From assembly GCA_964016885.1 (NCBI GenBank), contig OZ024752.1:17608001-17672000 (forward strand): a stretch of DNA of 64,000 bases. Reading direction: 5' to 3'. Shown here piece after piece: positions 45,601-58,190 of this stretch (position 1 is the stretch's first letter; every line of letters starts with the position of its first letter). This stretch comes from Eledone cirrhosa. Taxonomy: Eukaryota. The notes under the pieces were generated by a model. It did not search any database. It was given only the letters and a program-made list of their open reading frames with translations, and had not been told where the DNA came from. The position numbers were made by a program, and so were the translations under genes.

Positions 45601-48600
45601 CTTCTTGTATGGTCTACAACTCCACCATTCTAAATCCTTCTTATATGGTCTACAACTCCACCATTCTACTTCCTTCTTATATGGTCTACAACTCCACTAT
45701 TCTAACTCATTCTTATGTGGTCTACAACTCCACCATTCTAATTCCTTCTTATATGGTCTACAACTCCACCATTCTAATTCCTTCGTATATGGTCTACAAC
45801 TCCACCATTCTAATTCCTTCTTATATGGTCTACAACTCCACCATTCTAACGCCTTCTTATATGGTCTACAACTCCACCATTCTAACGCCTTCTTATATGG
45901 TGTACAACTCCACCATTCTAATTCCTTCTTATATGGGCTACAACTCCACCATTCTAATTCCATCTTATATGGTCTACAACTCCACCATTCTAACTCCTTC
46001 TTATATGGTCTACAACTCCACCATTCTAATTCCTTCTTATATGGTCTACAACTCCACCATTCTAATTCCTTCTTATATGGTCTACAACTCCACCATTCTA
46101 ATTCCTTCTTATATGGTCTACAACTCCACCATTCTAACTCATTCTTATATGGTCTACAACTCCACCATTCTAACTCCTTCTTATATGGTCTACAACTGCA
46201 CCATTCTAACTCCTTCTTATATGGTCTACAACTCCACCATTCTAACTCCTTCTTATATGGTGTACAACTCCACCATTCTAACTCCTTCTTATATGGTGTA
46301 CAACTCCACCATTCTAATTCCTTCTTATATGGTCTACAACTCCACCATTCTAATTCCTTCTTATATGGTCTACAACTCCACCATTCTAACTCCTTCTTAT
46401 ATGGTGTACAACTCCACCATTCTAATTCCTTCTTATATGGTCTACAACTCCACCATTCTAACTCCTTCTTATATGGTCTACAACTCCCCCATTCTAATTC
46501 TTTCTTATATGGCCTACAACTCCACCATTCTAACTCCTTCTTATATGGTCTACAACTCCACCATTCTAACTCCTTCTTATATGGTCTACAACTGCACCAT
46601 TCTAACCCCTTCTTATATGGTCTACAACTCCACCATTCTAACTCCTTCTTATATGGTCTACAACTCCACCATTCTAACTCCTTCTTATATGGTCTACAAC
46701 TCCACCATTTTAATTCCTTCTTATATGGTCTACAACTCCACCATTCTAACTCCTTCTTATATGGTCTACAACTCCACCATTCTAACTCCTTCTTATATGG
46801 TGTACAACTCCACCATACTAAGTCCTTCTTATATGGTGTACAACTACACCATTCTAACTCCTTCATATATGGTCTACAACTCCACCATTCTAACTCCTTC
46901 TTATATGGTGTACAACTCAACCATTCTAATTGCTTCTTATATGGTCTACAACTCCACCATTGTAACTCTTTCTTATATGGTCTACAACTCCACCATTCTA
47001 ACTCCATCTTTTATGGTCTACAATTCCACCATTCTAAATCCTTCTTGTATGGTCTACAACTCCACCATTCTAATTCCTTCTTATATGGTCTACAACTCCA
47101 CTATTCTAACTCATTCTTATATGGTCTACAACTCCACCATTCTAATTCCTTCTTATATGGTCTACAACTCCACCATTCTAACTCCTTCTTATATGGTCTA
47201 CAACTCCACCATTCTAATTCCTTCTTATATGGTGTACGACTCCACCATTGTAACTCCTTCATATGTGGTCTACAACTCCACCATTCTAACTCCTTTTTAT
47301 ATGGTGTACAACTCCACCATTCTAATTCCTTCTTATATGGTCTACAACTCCACCATTCTAACTCCTTCATATATGGTCTACAACTCCACCATTCTAACTC
47401 CTTCTTATATGGTCTACAACTCCACCATTCTAATTCCTTCTTATATGGTCTACAACTCCACCATTCTAATTCCTTCTTATATGGTCTACAACTCCACCAT
47501 TCTAACGCCTTCTTATATGGTCTACAACTCCACCATTATAACGCCTTCTTATATGGTGTACAACTCCACCATTCTAATTCCTTCTTATATGGTCTACAAC
47601 TCCACCATTCTAACTCCTTCTTATATGGTCTACAACTCCACCATTCTAACTCCTTCTTATATGGTCTACAACTCCACCATTCTAATTCCTTCTTATATGG
47701 TCTACAACTCCACCATTCTAATTCCTTCTTATATGGTCTACAACTCCACCATTCTAATTCCTTCTTATATGGTCTACAACTCCACCATTCTAACTCCTTC
47801 TTATATGGTCTACAACTCCACCATTCTAACTCCTTCTTATATGGTCTACAACTGCACCATTCTAACTCCTTCTTATATGGTCTACAACTCCACCATTCTA
47901 ACTCCTTCTTATATGGTGTACAACTCCACCATTCTAACTCCTTCTTATATGGTGTACAACTCCACCATTCTAACTCCTTCTTATATGGTGTACAACTCCA
48001 CCATTCTAATTCCTTCTTATACGGTCTACAACTCCACCATTCTAAGTCCTTCTTATATGGTGTACAACTCCACCATTCTAATTCCTTCTTATATGGTCTA
48101 CAACTCCACCATTCTAACTCCTTCTTATATGGTCTACAACTCCCCCATTCTAATTCTTTCTTATATGGTCTACAACTCCACCATTCTAACTCCTTCTTAT
48201 ATGGTCTACAACTCCACCATTCTAACTCCTTCTTATATGGTCTACAACTTCACCATTCTAACTCCTTCTTATATGGTCTACAACTCAACCATTCTAACTC
48301 CTTCTTATATGGTGTACAACTCCACTATTCTAAGTCCTTCTTATATGGTGTACAACTCCACCATTCTAACTCCTTCATATATGGTCTACAACTCCACCAT
48401 TCTAACTCCTTCTTATATGGTGTACAACTCCACCATTCTAATTGCTTCTTATATGGTCTACAACTCCACCATTCTAACTCTTTCTTATATGGTCTACACC
48501 TCCACCATTCTAACTCCTTCTGATATGGTCTACAACTCCACCATTCTAAATCCTTCTTATATGGTCTACAACTCCACCATTCTACTTCCTTCTTATATGG

Positions 48601-49909
48601 TCTACAACTCCACTATTCTAACTCATTCTTATATGGTCTACAACTCCACCATTCTAATTCCTTCTTATATGGTCTACAACTCCACCATTCTAATTCCTTC
48701 GTATATGGTCTACAACTCCACCATTCTAATTCCTTCTTATATGGTCTACAACTCCACCATTCTAACGCCTTCTTATATGGTCTACAACTCCACCATTCTA
48801 ACGCCTTCTTATATGGTGTACAACTCCACCATTCTAATTCCTTCTTATATGGGCTACAACTCCACCATTCTAACTCCATCTTATATGGTCTACAACTCCA
48901 CCATTCTAACTCCTTCTTATATGGTCTACAACTCCACCATTCTAATTCCTTCTTATATGGTCTACAACTCCACCATTCTAATTCCTTCTTATATGGTCTA
49001 CAACTCCACCATTCTAATTCCATCTTATATGGTCTACAACTCCACCATTCTAACTCCTTCTTATATGGTCTACAACTCCACCATTCTAACTCCTTCTTAT
49101 ATGGTCTACAACTGCACCATTCTAACTCCTTCTTATATGGTCTACAACTCCACCATTCTAACTCCTTCTTATATGGTGTAAATCTCCACCATTCTAACTC
49201 CTTCTTATATGGTGTACAACTCCACCATTCTAATTCCTTCTTATATGGTCTACAACTCCACCATTCTAATTCCTTCTTATATGGTCTACAACTCCACCAT
49301 TCTAACTCCTTCTTATATGGTGTACAACTCCACCATTCTAATTCCTTCTTATATGGTCTACAACTCCACCATTCTAACTCCTTCTTATATGGTCTACAAC
49401 TCCCCCATTCTAATTCTTTCTTATATGGCCTACAACTCCACCATTCTAACTCCTTCTTATATGGTCTACAACTCCACCATTCTAACTCCTCTTATATGGT
49501 CTACAACTGCACCATTCTAACCCCTTCTTATATGGTCTACAACTCCACCATTCTAACTCCTTCTTATATGGTCTACAACTCCACCATTCTAACTCCTTCT
49601 TATATGGTCTACAACTCCACCATTCTAATTCCTTCTTATATGGTCTACAACTCCACCATTCTAACTCCTTCTTATATGGTGTACAACTCCACCATTCTAA
49701 TTCCTTCTTATATGGTCTACAACTCCACCATTCTAATTCCTTCTTATATGGTCTACAACTCCACCCTTCTAACTCCTTCATATATGGTCTACAACTCCAC
49801 CTTCTAACTCCTTCTTATATGGTCTACAACTCCACCATTCTATCTCCTTCTTATATGGTCTACAACTCCACCATGCTAACTCCCTCTTATATGGTCTACA
49901 ACTCTACCA

Positions 49910-52865
49910 TTCTAACTCATTCCTATATGTTCTACAACTCCACCATTCTAACTCCTTCTTATATGGTCTAGAACTCCACCATACTAACTCCTTCTTATAT
50001 GGTCTACAACTCCACCATTCTAACTCCTTCTCATATGGTGTACAACTCCACCATTCTAACTCCTTCTTATATGGTCTACAACTCCACCATTCTAACTCCT
50101 TCTTATATGGTCTACAACTCCACCATTCTAATTCCTTCATATATGTGTACAACTCCACCATTCTAACTCTTTCTTATATGGTCTACACCTCCACCATTCT
50201 AACTCCTTCTTATATGGTGTACAACTCCACCATTCTAATTCCTTCTTATATGGGCTACAACTCCACCATTCTAACTCCATCTTATATGGTCTACAACTCC
50301 ACCATTCTAACTCCTTCTTATATGGTCTACAACTCCACCATTCTAATTCCTTCTTATATGGTCTACAACTCCACCATTCTAATTCCTTCTTATATGGTCT
50401 ACAACTCCACCATTCTAATTCCTTCTTATATGGTCTACAACTCCACCATTCTAACTCCTTCTTATATGGTCTACAACTCCACCATTCTAACTCCTTCTTA
50501 TATGGTCTACAACTGCACCATTCTAACTCCTTCTTATATGGTCTACAACTCAACCATTCTAACTCCTTCTTATATGGTGTACAACTCCACCATTCTAACT
50601 CCTTCTTATATGGTGTACAACCCCACCATTCTAACTCCTTCTTATATGGTGTACAACTCCACCATTCTAATTCCTTCTTATACGGTCTACAACTCCACCA
50701 TTCTAACTCCTTCTTATATGGTGTACAACTCCACCATTCTAATTCCTTCTTATATGGTCTACAACTCCACCATTCTAACTCCTTCTTATATGGTCTACAA
50801 CTCCCCCATTCTAATTCTTTCTTATATGGTCTACAACTCCACCATTCTAACTCCTTCTTATATGGTCTACAACTCCACCATTCTAACTCCTTCTTATATG
50901 GTCTACAACTTCACCATTCTAACTCCTTCTTATATGGTCTACAACTCAACCATTCTAACTCCTTCTTATATGGTGTACAACTCCACTATTCTAAGTCCTT
51001 CTTATATGGTGTACAACTCCACCATTCTAACTCCTTCATATATGGTCTACAACTCCACCATTCTAACTCCTTCTTATATGGTGTACAACTCCACCATTCT
51101 AATTGCTTCTTATATGGTCTACAACTCCACCATTCTAACTCTTTCTTATATGGTCTACACCTCCACCATTCTAACTCCTTCTGATATGGTCTACAACTCC
51201 ACCATTCTAAATCCTTCTTATATGGTCTACAACTCCACCATTCTACTTCCTTCTTATATGGTCTACAACTCCACTATTCTAACTCATTCTTATATGGTCT
51301 ACAACTCCACCATTCTAATTCCTTCTTATATGGTCTACAACTCCACCATTCTAATTCCTTCTTATATGGGCTACAACTCCACCATTCTAACTCATTCCTA
51401 TATGTTCTACAACTCCACCATTCTAACTCCTTCTTATATGGTCTAGAACTCCACCATACTAACTCCTTCTTATATGGTCTACAACTCCACCATTCTAACT
51501 CCTTCTCATATGGTGTACAACTCCACCATTCTAACTCCTTCTTATATGGTCTACAACTCCACCATTCTAACTCCTTCTTATATGGTCTACAACTCCACCA
51601 TTCTAATTCCTTCATATATGTGTACAACTCCACCATTCTAACTCTTTCTTATATGGTCTACACCTCCACCATTCTAACTCCTTCTTATATGGTGTACAAC
51701 TCCACCATTCTAATTCCTTCTTATATGGGCTACAACTCCACCATTCTAACTCCATCTTATATGGTCTACAACTCCACCATTCTAGCTCCTTCTTATATGG
51801 TCTACAACTCCACCATTCTAATTCCTTCTTATATGGTCTACAACTCCACCATTCTAATTCCTTCTTATATGGTCTACAACTCCACCATTCTAATTCCTTC
51901 TTATATGGTCTACAACTCCACCATTCTAACTCCTTCTTATATGGTCTACAACTCCACCATTCTAACTCCTTCTTATATGGTCTACAACTGCACCATTCTA
52001 ACTCCTTCTTATATGGTCTACAACTCAACCATTCTAACTCCTTCTTATATGGTGTACAACTCCACCATTCTAACTCCTTCTTATATGGTGTACAACCCCA
52101 CCATTCTAACTCCTTCTTATATGGTGTACAACTCCACCATTCTAATTCCTTCTTATACGGTCTACAACTCCACCATTCTAACTCCTTCTTATATGGTGTA
52201 CAACTCCACCATTCTAATTCCTTCTTATATGGTCTACAACTCCACCATTCTAACTCCTTCTTATATGGTCTACAACTCCCCCATTCTAATTCTTTCTTAT
52301 ATGGTCTACAACTCCACCATTCTAACTCCTTCTTATATGGTCTACAACTCCACCATTCTAACTCCTTCTTATATGGTCTACAACTTCACCATTCTAACTC
52401 CTTCTTATATGGTCTACAACTCAACCATTCTAACTCCTTCTTATATGGTGTACAACTCCACTATTCTAAGTCCTTCTTATATGGTGTACAACTCCACCAT
52501 TCTAACTCCTTCATATATGGTCTACAACTCCACCATTCTAACTCCTTCTTATATGGTGTACAACTCCACCATTCTAATTGCTTCTTATATGGTCTACAAC
52601 TCCACCATTCTAACTCTTTCTTATATGGTCTACACCTCCACCATTCTAACTCCTTCTGATATGGTCTACAACTCCACCATTCTAAATCCTTCTTATATGG
52701 TCTACAACTCCACCATTCTACTTCCTTCTTATATGGTCTACAACTCCACTATTCTAACTCATTCTTATATGGTCTACAACTCCACCATTCTAATTCCTTC
52801 TTATATGGTCTACAACTCCACCATTCTAATTCCTTCTTATATGGGCTACAACTCCACCATTCTAA
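49910..52865. repeat. Tandem duplication with a 1,475-bp period (41 monomers minus 1 bp)
   Basis: TAG variant at 49971/51446; 1-bp deletion monomer at about 50145/51620; one private SNV (CTAGCTCCT near 51785). Confidence 0.9.
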
Positions 52866-52999
52866 CTCCATCTTATATGGTCTACAACTCCACCATTCTA
52901 ACTCCTTCTTATATGGTCTACAACTCCACCATTCTAATTCCTTCTTATATGGTCTACAACTCCACCATTCTAATTCCTTCTTATATGGTCTACAACTCC

Positions 53000-54400
53000 A
53001 CCATTCTAATTCCTTCTTATATGGTCTACAACTCCACCATTCTAACTCCTTCTTATATGGTCTACAACTCCACCATTCTAACTCCTTCTTATATGGTCTA
53101 CAACTGCCCCATTCTAACTCCTTCTTATATGGTCTACAACTCCACCATTCTAACTCCTTCTTATATGGTGTACAACTCCACCATTCTAACTCCTTCTTAT
53201 ATGGTGTACAACTCCACCATTCTAATTCCTTCTTATATGGTCTACAACTCCACCATTCTAATTCCTTCTTATATGGTCTACAACTCCACCATTCTAACTC
53301 CTTCTTATATGGTCTACAACTCCACCATTCTAATTCCTTCTTATATGGTCTACAACTCCACCATTCTAATTCCTTCTTATATGGTCTACAACTCCACCAT
53401 TCTAACTCCTTCTTATATGGTCTACAACTCCACCATTCTAACTCCTTCTTATATGGTCTACAACTGCCCCATTCTAACTCCTTCTTATATGGTCTACAAC
53501 TCCACCATTCTAACTCCTTCTTATATGGTGTACAACTCCACCATTCTAACTCCTTCTTATATGGTGTACAACTCCACCATTCTAATTCCTTCTTATATGG
53601 TCTACAACTCCACCATTCTAATTCCTTCTTATATGGTCTACAACTCCACCATTCTAACTCCTTCTTATATGGTCTACAACTCCACCATTCTAATTCCTTC
53701 TTATATGGTCTACAACTCCACCATTCTAATTCCTTCTTATATGGTCTACAACTCCACCATTCTAACTCCTTCTTATATGGTCTACAACTCCACCATTCTA
53801 ACTCCTTCTTATATGGTCTACAACTGCCCCATTCTAACTCCTTCTTATATGGTCTACAACTCCACCATTCTAACTCCTTCTTATATGGTGTACAACTCCA
53901 CCATTCTAACTCCTTCTTATATGGTGTACAACTCCACCATTCTAATTCCTTCTTATATGGTCTACAACTCCACCATTCTAATTCCTTCTTATATGGTCTA
54001 CAACTCCACCATTCTAACTCCTTCTTATATGGTCTACAACTCCACCATTCTAATTCCTTCTTATATGGTCTACAACTCCACCATTCTAATTCCTTCTTAT
54101 ATGGTCTACAACTCCACCATTCTAATTCCTTCTTATATGGTCTACAACTCCACCATTCTAACTCCTTCTTATATGGTCTACAACTCCACCATTCTAACTC
54201 CTTCTTATATGGTCTACAACTGCCCCATTCTAACTCCTTCTTATATGGTCTACAACTCCACCATTCTAACTCCTTCTTATATGGTGTACAACTCCACCAT
54301 TCTAACTCCTTCTTATATGGTGTACAACTCCACCATTCTAATTCCTTCTTATATGGTCTACAACTCCACCATTCTAATTCCTTCTTATATGGTCTACAAC
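53000..54400. repeat. Local 10-monomer (360-bp) higher-order repeat, about 4 copies
   Basis: CAACTGCCCC at 53101, 53461, 53821 and 54217 (spacings 360, 360, 396). Confidence 0.9.
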
Positions 54401-54859
54401 TCCACCATTCTAATTCCTTCTTATATGGTCTACAACTCCACCATTCTAACTCCTTCTTATATGGTCTACAACTCCACCATTCTAACTCCTTCTTATATGG
54501 TGTACAACTCCACCATTCTAACTCCTTCTTATATGGTGTACAACTCCACCATTCTAATTCCTTCTTATATGGTCTACAACTCCACCATTCTATCTCCTTC
54601 TTATATGGTCTACAACTCCACCATGCTAACTCCCTCTTATATGGTCTACAACTCTACCATTCTAACTCATTCCTATATGTTCTACAACTCCACCATTCTA
54701 ACTCCTTCTTATATGGTCTAGAACTCCACCATACTAACTCCTTCTTATATGGTCTACAACTCCACCATTCTAACTCCTTCTCATATGGTGTACAACTCCA
54801 CCATTCTAACTCCTTCTTATATGGTCTACAACTCCACCATTCTAACTCCTTCTTATATG

Positions 54860-57800
54860 GTCTACAACTCCACCATTCTAATTCCTTCATATATGTGTAC
54901 AACTCCACCATTCTAACTCTTTCTTATATGGTCTACACCTCCACCATTCTAACTCCTTCTTATATGGTGTACAACTCCACCATTCTAATTCCTTCTTATA
55001 TGGGCTACAACTCCACCATTCTAACTCCATCTTATATGGTCTACAACTCCACCATTCTAACTCCTTCTTATATGGTCTACAACTCCACCATTCTAATTCC
55101 TTCTTATATGGTCTACAACTCCACAATTCTAATTCCTTCTTATATGGTCTACAACTCCACCATTCTAATTCCTTCTTATATGGTCTACAACTCCACCATT
55201 CTAACTCCTTCTTATATGGTCTACAACTCCACCATTCTAACTCCTTCTTATATGGTCTACAACTGCACCATTCTAACTCCTTCTTATATGGTCTACAACT
55301 CAACCATTCTAACTCCTTCTTATATGGTGTACAACTCCACCATTCTAACTCCTTCTTATATGGTGTACAACCCCACCATTCTAACTCCTTCTTATATGGT
55401 GTACAACTCCACCATTCTAATTCCTTCTTATACGGTCTACAACTCCACCATTCTAACTCCTTCTTATATGGTGTACAACTCCACCATTCTAACTCCTTCT
55501 TATATGGTCTACAACTCCCCCATTCTAATTCTTTCTTATATGGTCTACAACTCCACCATTCTAACTCCTTCTTATATGGTCTACAACTCCACCATTCTAA
55601 CTCCTTCTTATATGGTCTACAACTTCACCATTCTAACTCCTTCTTATATGGTCTACAACTCAACCATTCTAACTCCTTCTTATATGGTGTACAACTCCAC
55701 TATTCTAAGTCCTTCTTATATGGTGTACAACTCCACCATTCTAACTCCTTCATATATGGTCTACAACTCCACCATTCTAACTCCTTCTTATATGGTGTAC
55801 AACTCCACCATTCTAATTGCTTCTTATATGGTCTACAACTCCACCATTCTAACTCTTTCTTATATGGTCTACACCTCCACCATTCTAACTCCTTCTGATA
55901 TGGTCTACAACTCCACCATTCTAAATCCTTCTTATATGGTCTACAACTCCACCATTCTACTTCCTTCTTATATGGTCTACAACTCCACTATTCTAACTCA
56001 TTCTTATATGGTCTACAACTCCACCATTCTAATTCCTTCTTATATGGTCTACAACTCCACCATTCTAATTCCTTCTTATATGGGCTACAACTCCACCATT
56101 CTAACTCCATCTTATATGGTCTACAACTCCACCATTCTAACTCCTTCTTATATGGTCTACAACTCCACCATTCTAATTCCTTCTTATATGGTCTACAACT
56201 CCACCATTCTAATTCCTTCTTATATGGTCTACAACTCCACCATTCTAATTCCTTCTTATATGGTCTACAACTCCACCATTCTAACTCCTTCTTATATGGT
56301 CTACAACTCCACCATTCTAACTCCTTCTTATATGGTCTAAAACTGCCCCATTCTAACTCCTTCTTATATGGTCTACAACTCCACCATTCTAACTCCTTCT
56401 TATATGGTCTACAACTCCACCATTCTAACTCCTTCTTATATGGTGTACAACTCCACCATTCTAATTCCTTCTTATATGGTCTACAACTCCACCATTCTAA
56501 TTCCTTCTTATATGGTCTACAACTCCACCATTCTAATTCCTTCATATATGTGTACAACTCCACCATTCTAACTCTTTCTTATATGGTCTACACCTCCACC
56601 ATTCTAACTCCTTCTTATATGGTGTACAACTCCACCATTCTAATTCCTTCTTATATGGGCTACAACTCCACCATTCTAACTCCATCTTATATGGTCTACA
56701 ACTCCACCATTCTAACTCCTTCTTATATGGTCTACAACTCCACCATTCTAATTCCTTCTTATATGGTCTACAACTCCACAATTCTAATTCCTTCTTATAT
56801 GGTCTACAACTCCACCATTCTAATTCCTTCTTATATGGTCTACAACTCCACCATTCTAACTCCTTCTTATATGGTCTACAACTCCACCATTCTAACTCCT
56901 TCTTATATGGTCTACAACTGCACCATTCTAACTCCTTCTTATATGGTCTACAACTCAACCATTCTAACTCCTTCTTATATGGTGTACAACTCCACCATTC
57001 TAACTCCTTCTTATATGGTGTACAACCCCACCATTCTAACTCCTTCTTATATGGTGTACAACTCCACCATTCTAATTCCTTCTTATACGGTCTACAACTC
57101 CACCATTCTAACTCCTTCTTATATGGTGTACAACTCCACCATTCTAACTCCTTCTTATATGGTCTACAACTCCCCCATTCTAATTCTTTCTTATATGGTC
57201 TACAACTCCACCATTCTAACTCCTTCTTATATGGTCTACAACTCCACCATTCTAACTCCTTCTTATATGGTCTACAACTTCACCATTCTAACTCCTTCTT
57301 ATATGGTCTACAACTCAACCATTCTAACTCCTTCTTATATGGTGTACAACTCCACTATTCTAAGTCCTTCTTATATGGTGTACAACTCCACCATTCTAAC
57401 TCCTTCATATATGGTCTACAACTCCACCATTCTAACTCCTTCTTATATGGTGTACAACTCCACCATTCTAATTGCTTCTTATATGGTCTACAACTCCACC
57501 ATTCTAACTCTTTCTTATATGGTCTACACCTCCACCATTCTAACTCCTTCTGATATGGTCTACAACTCCACCATTCTAAATCCTTCTTATATGGTCTACA
57601 ACTCCACCATTCTACTTCCTTCTTATATGGTCTACAACTCCACTATTCTAACTCATTCTTATATGGTCTACAACTCCACCATTCTAATTCCTTCTTATAT
57701 GGTCTACAACTCCACCATTCTAATTCCTTCTTATATGGGCTACAACTCCACCATTCTAACTCCATCTTATATGGTCTACAACTCCACCATTCTAACTCCT

Positions 57801-58190
57801 TCTTATATGGTCTACAACTCCACCATTCTAATTCCTTCTTATATGGTCTACAACTCCACCATTCTAATTCCTTCTTATATGGTCTACAACTCCACCATTC
57901 TAATTCCTTCTTATATGGTCTACAACTCCACCATTCTAACTCCTTCTTATATGGTCTACAACTCCACCATTCTAACTCCTTCTTATATGGTCTAAAACTG
58001 CCCCATTCTAACTCCTTCTTATATGGTCTACAACTCCACCATTCTAACTCCTTCTTATATGGTCTACAACTCCACCATTCTAACTCCTTCTTATATGGTG
58101 TACAACTCCACCATTCTAATTCCTTCTTATATGGTCTACAACTCCACCATTCTAATTCCTTCTTATATGGTCTACAACTCCACCATTCTA
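54860..58190. repeat. Tandem duplication with a 1,655-bp period (46 monomers minus 1 bp)
   Basis: ORFs 54895..56340 and 56550..57995 have identical 481-aa translations. TAAAACTGCCCC occurs at about 56338 and 57993. Confidence 0.92.

Larger units (their letters stand above)
18..49520 (+). other. Repeat-derived reading frame (MVYNSTILTPSY)n, in register for 49.5 kb and broken by five point stops; probably non-coding
   Basis: ORFs 18..6608, 6636..14159, 14187..16175, 16203..32492, 32520..49181 and 49209..49520 are one continuous frame. The frame has no unique N- or C-terminal sequence, and stops are copied along with duplicated blocks. The confidence value is for real protein-coding status. Confidence 0.07.

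Noticed and set aside
16203-49181. Giant 5,429-aa and 5,553-aa proteins as real CDS
   Set aside because: They are pure translations of the 36-mer with no unique domains. Their boundaries are single point mutations, overlapping frames are equally open, and stops and frameshifts are amplified with the array.
49795-49805. Single A deletion (CCACCTTCT) as a meaningful boundary
   Set aside because: It is a singleton absent from the paralogous site near 63400, so it could be a private mutation or a consensus error.
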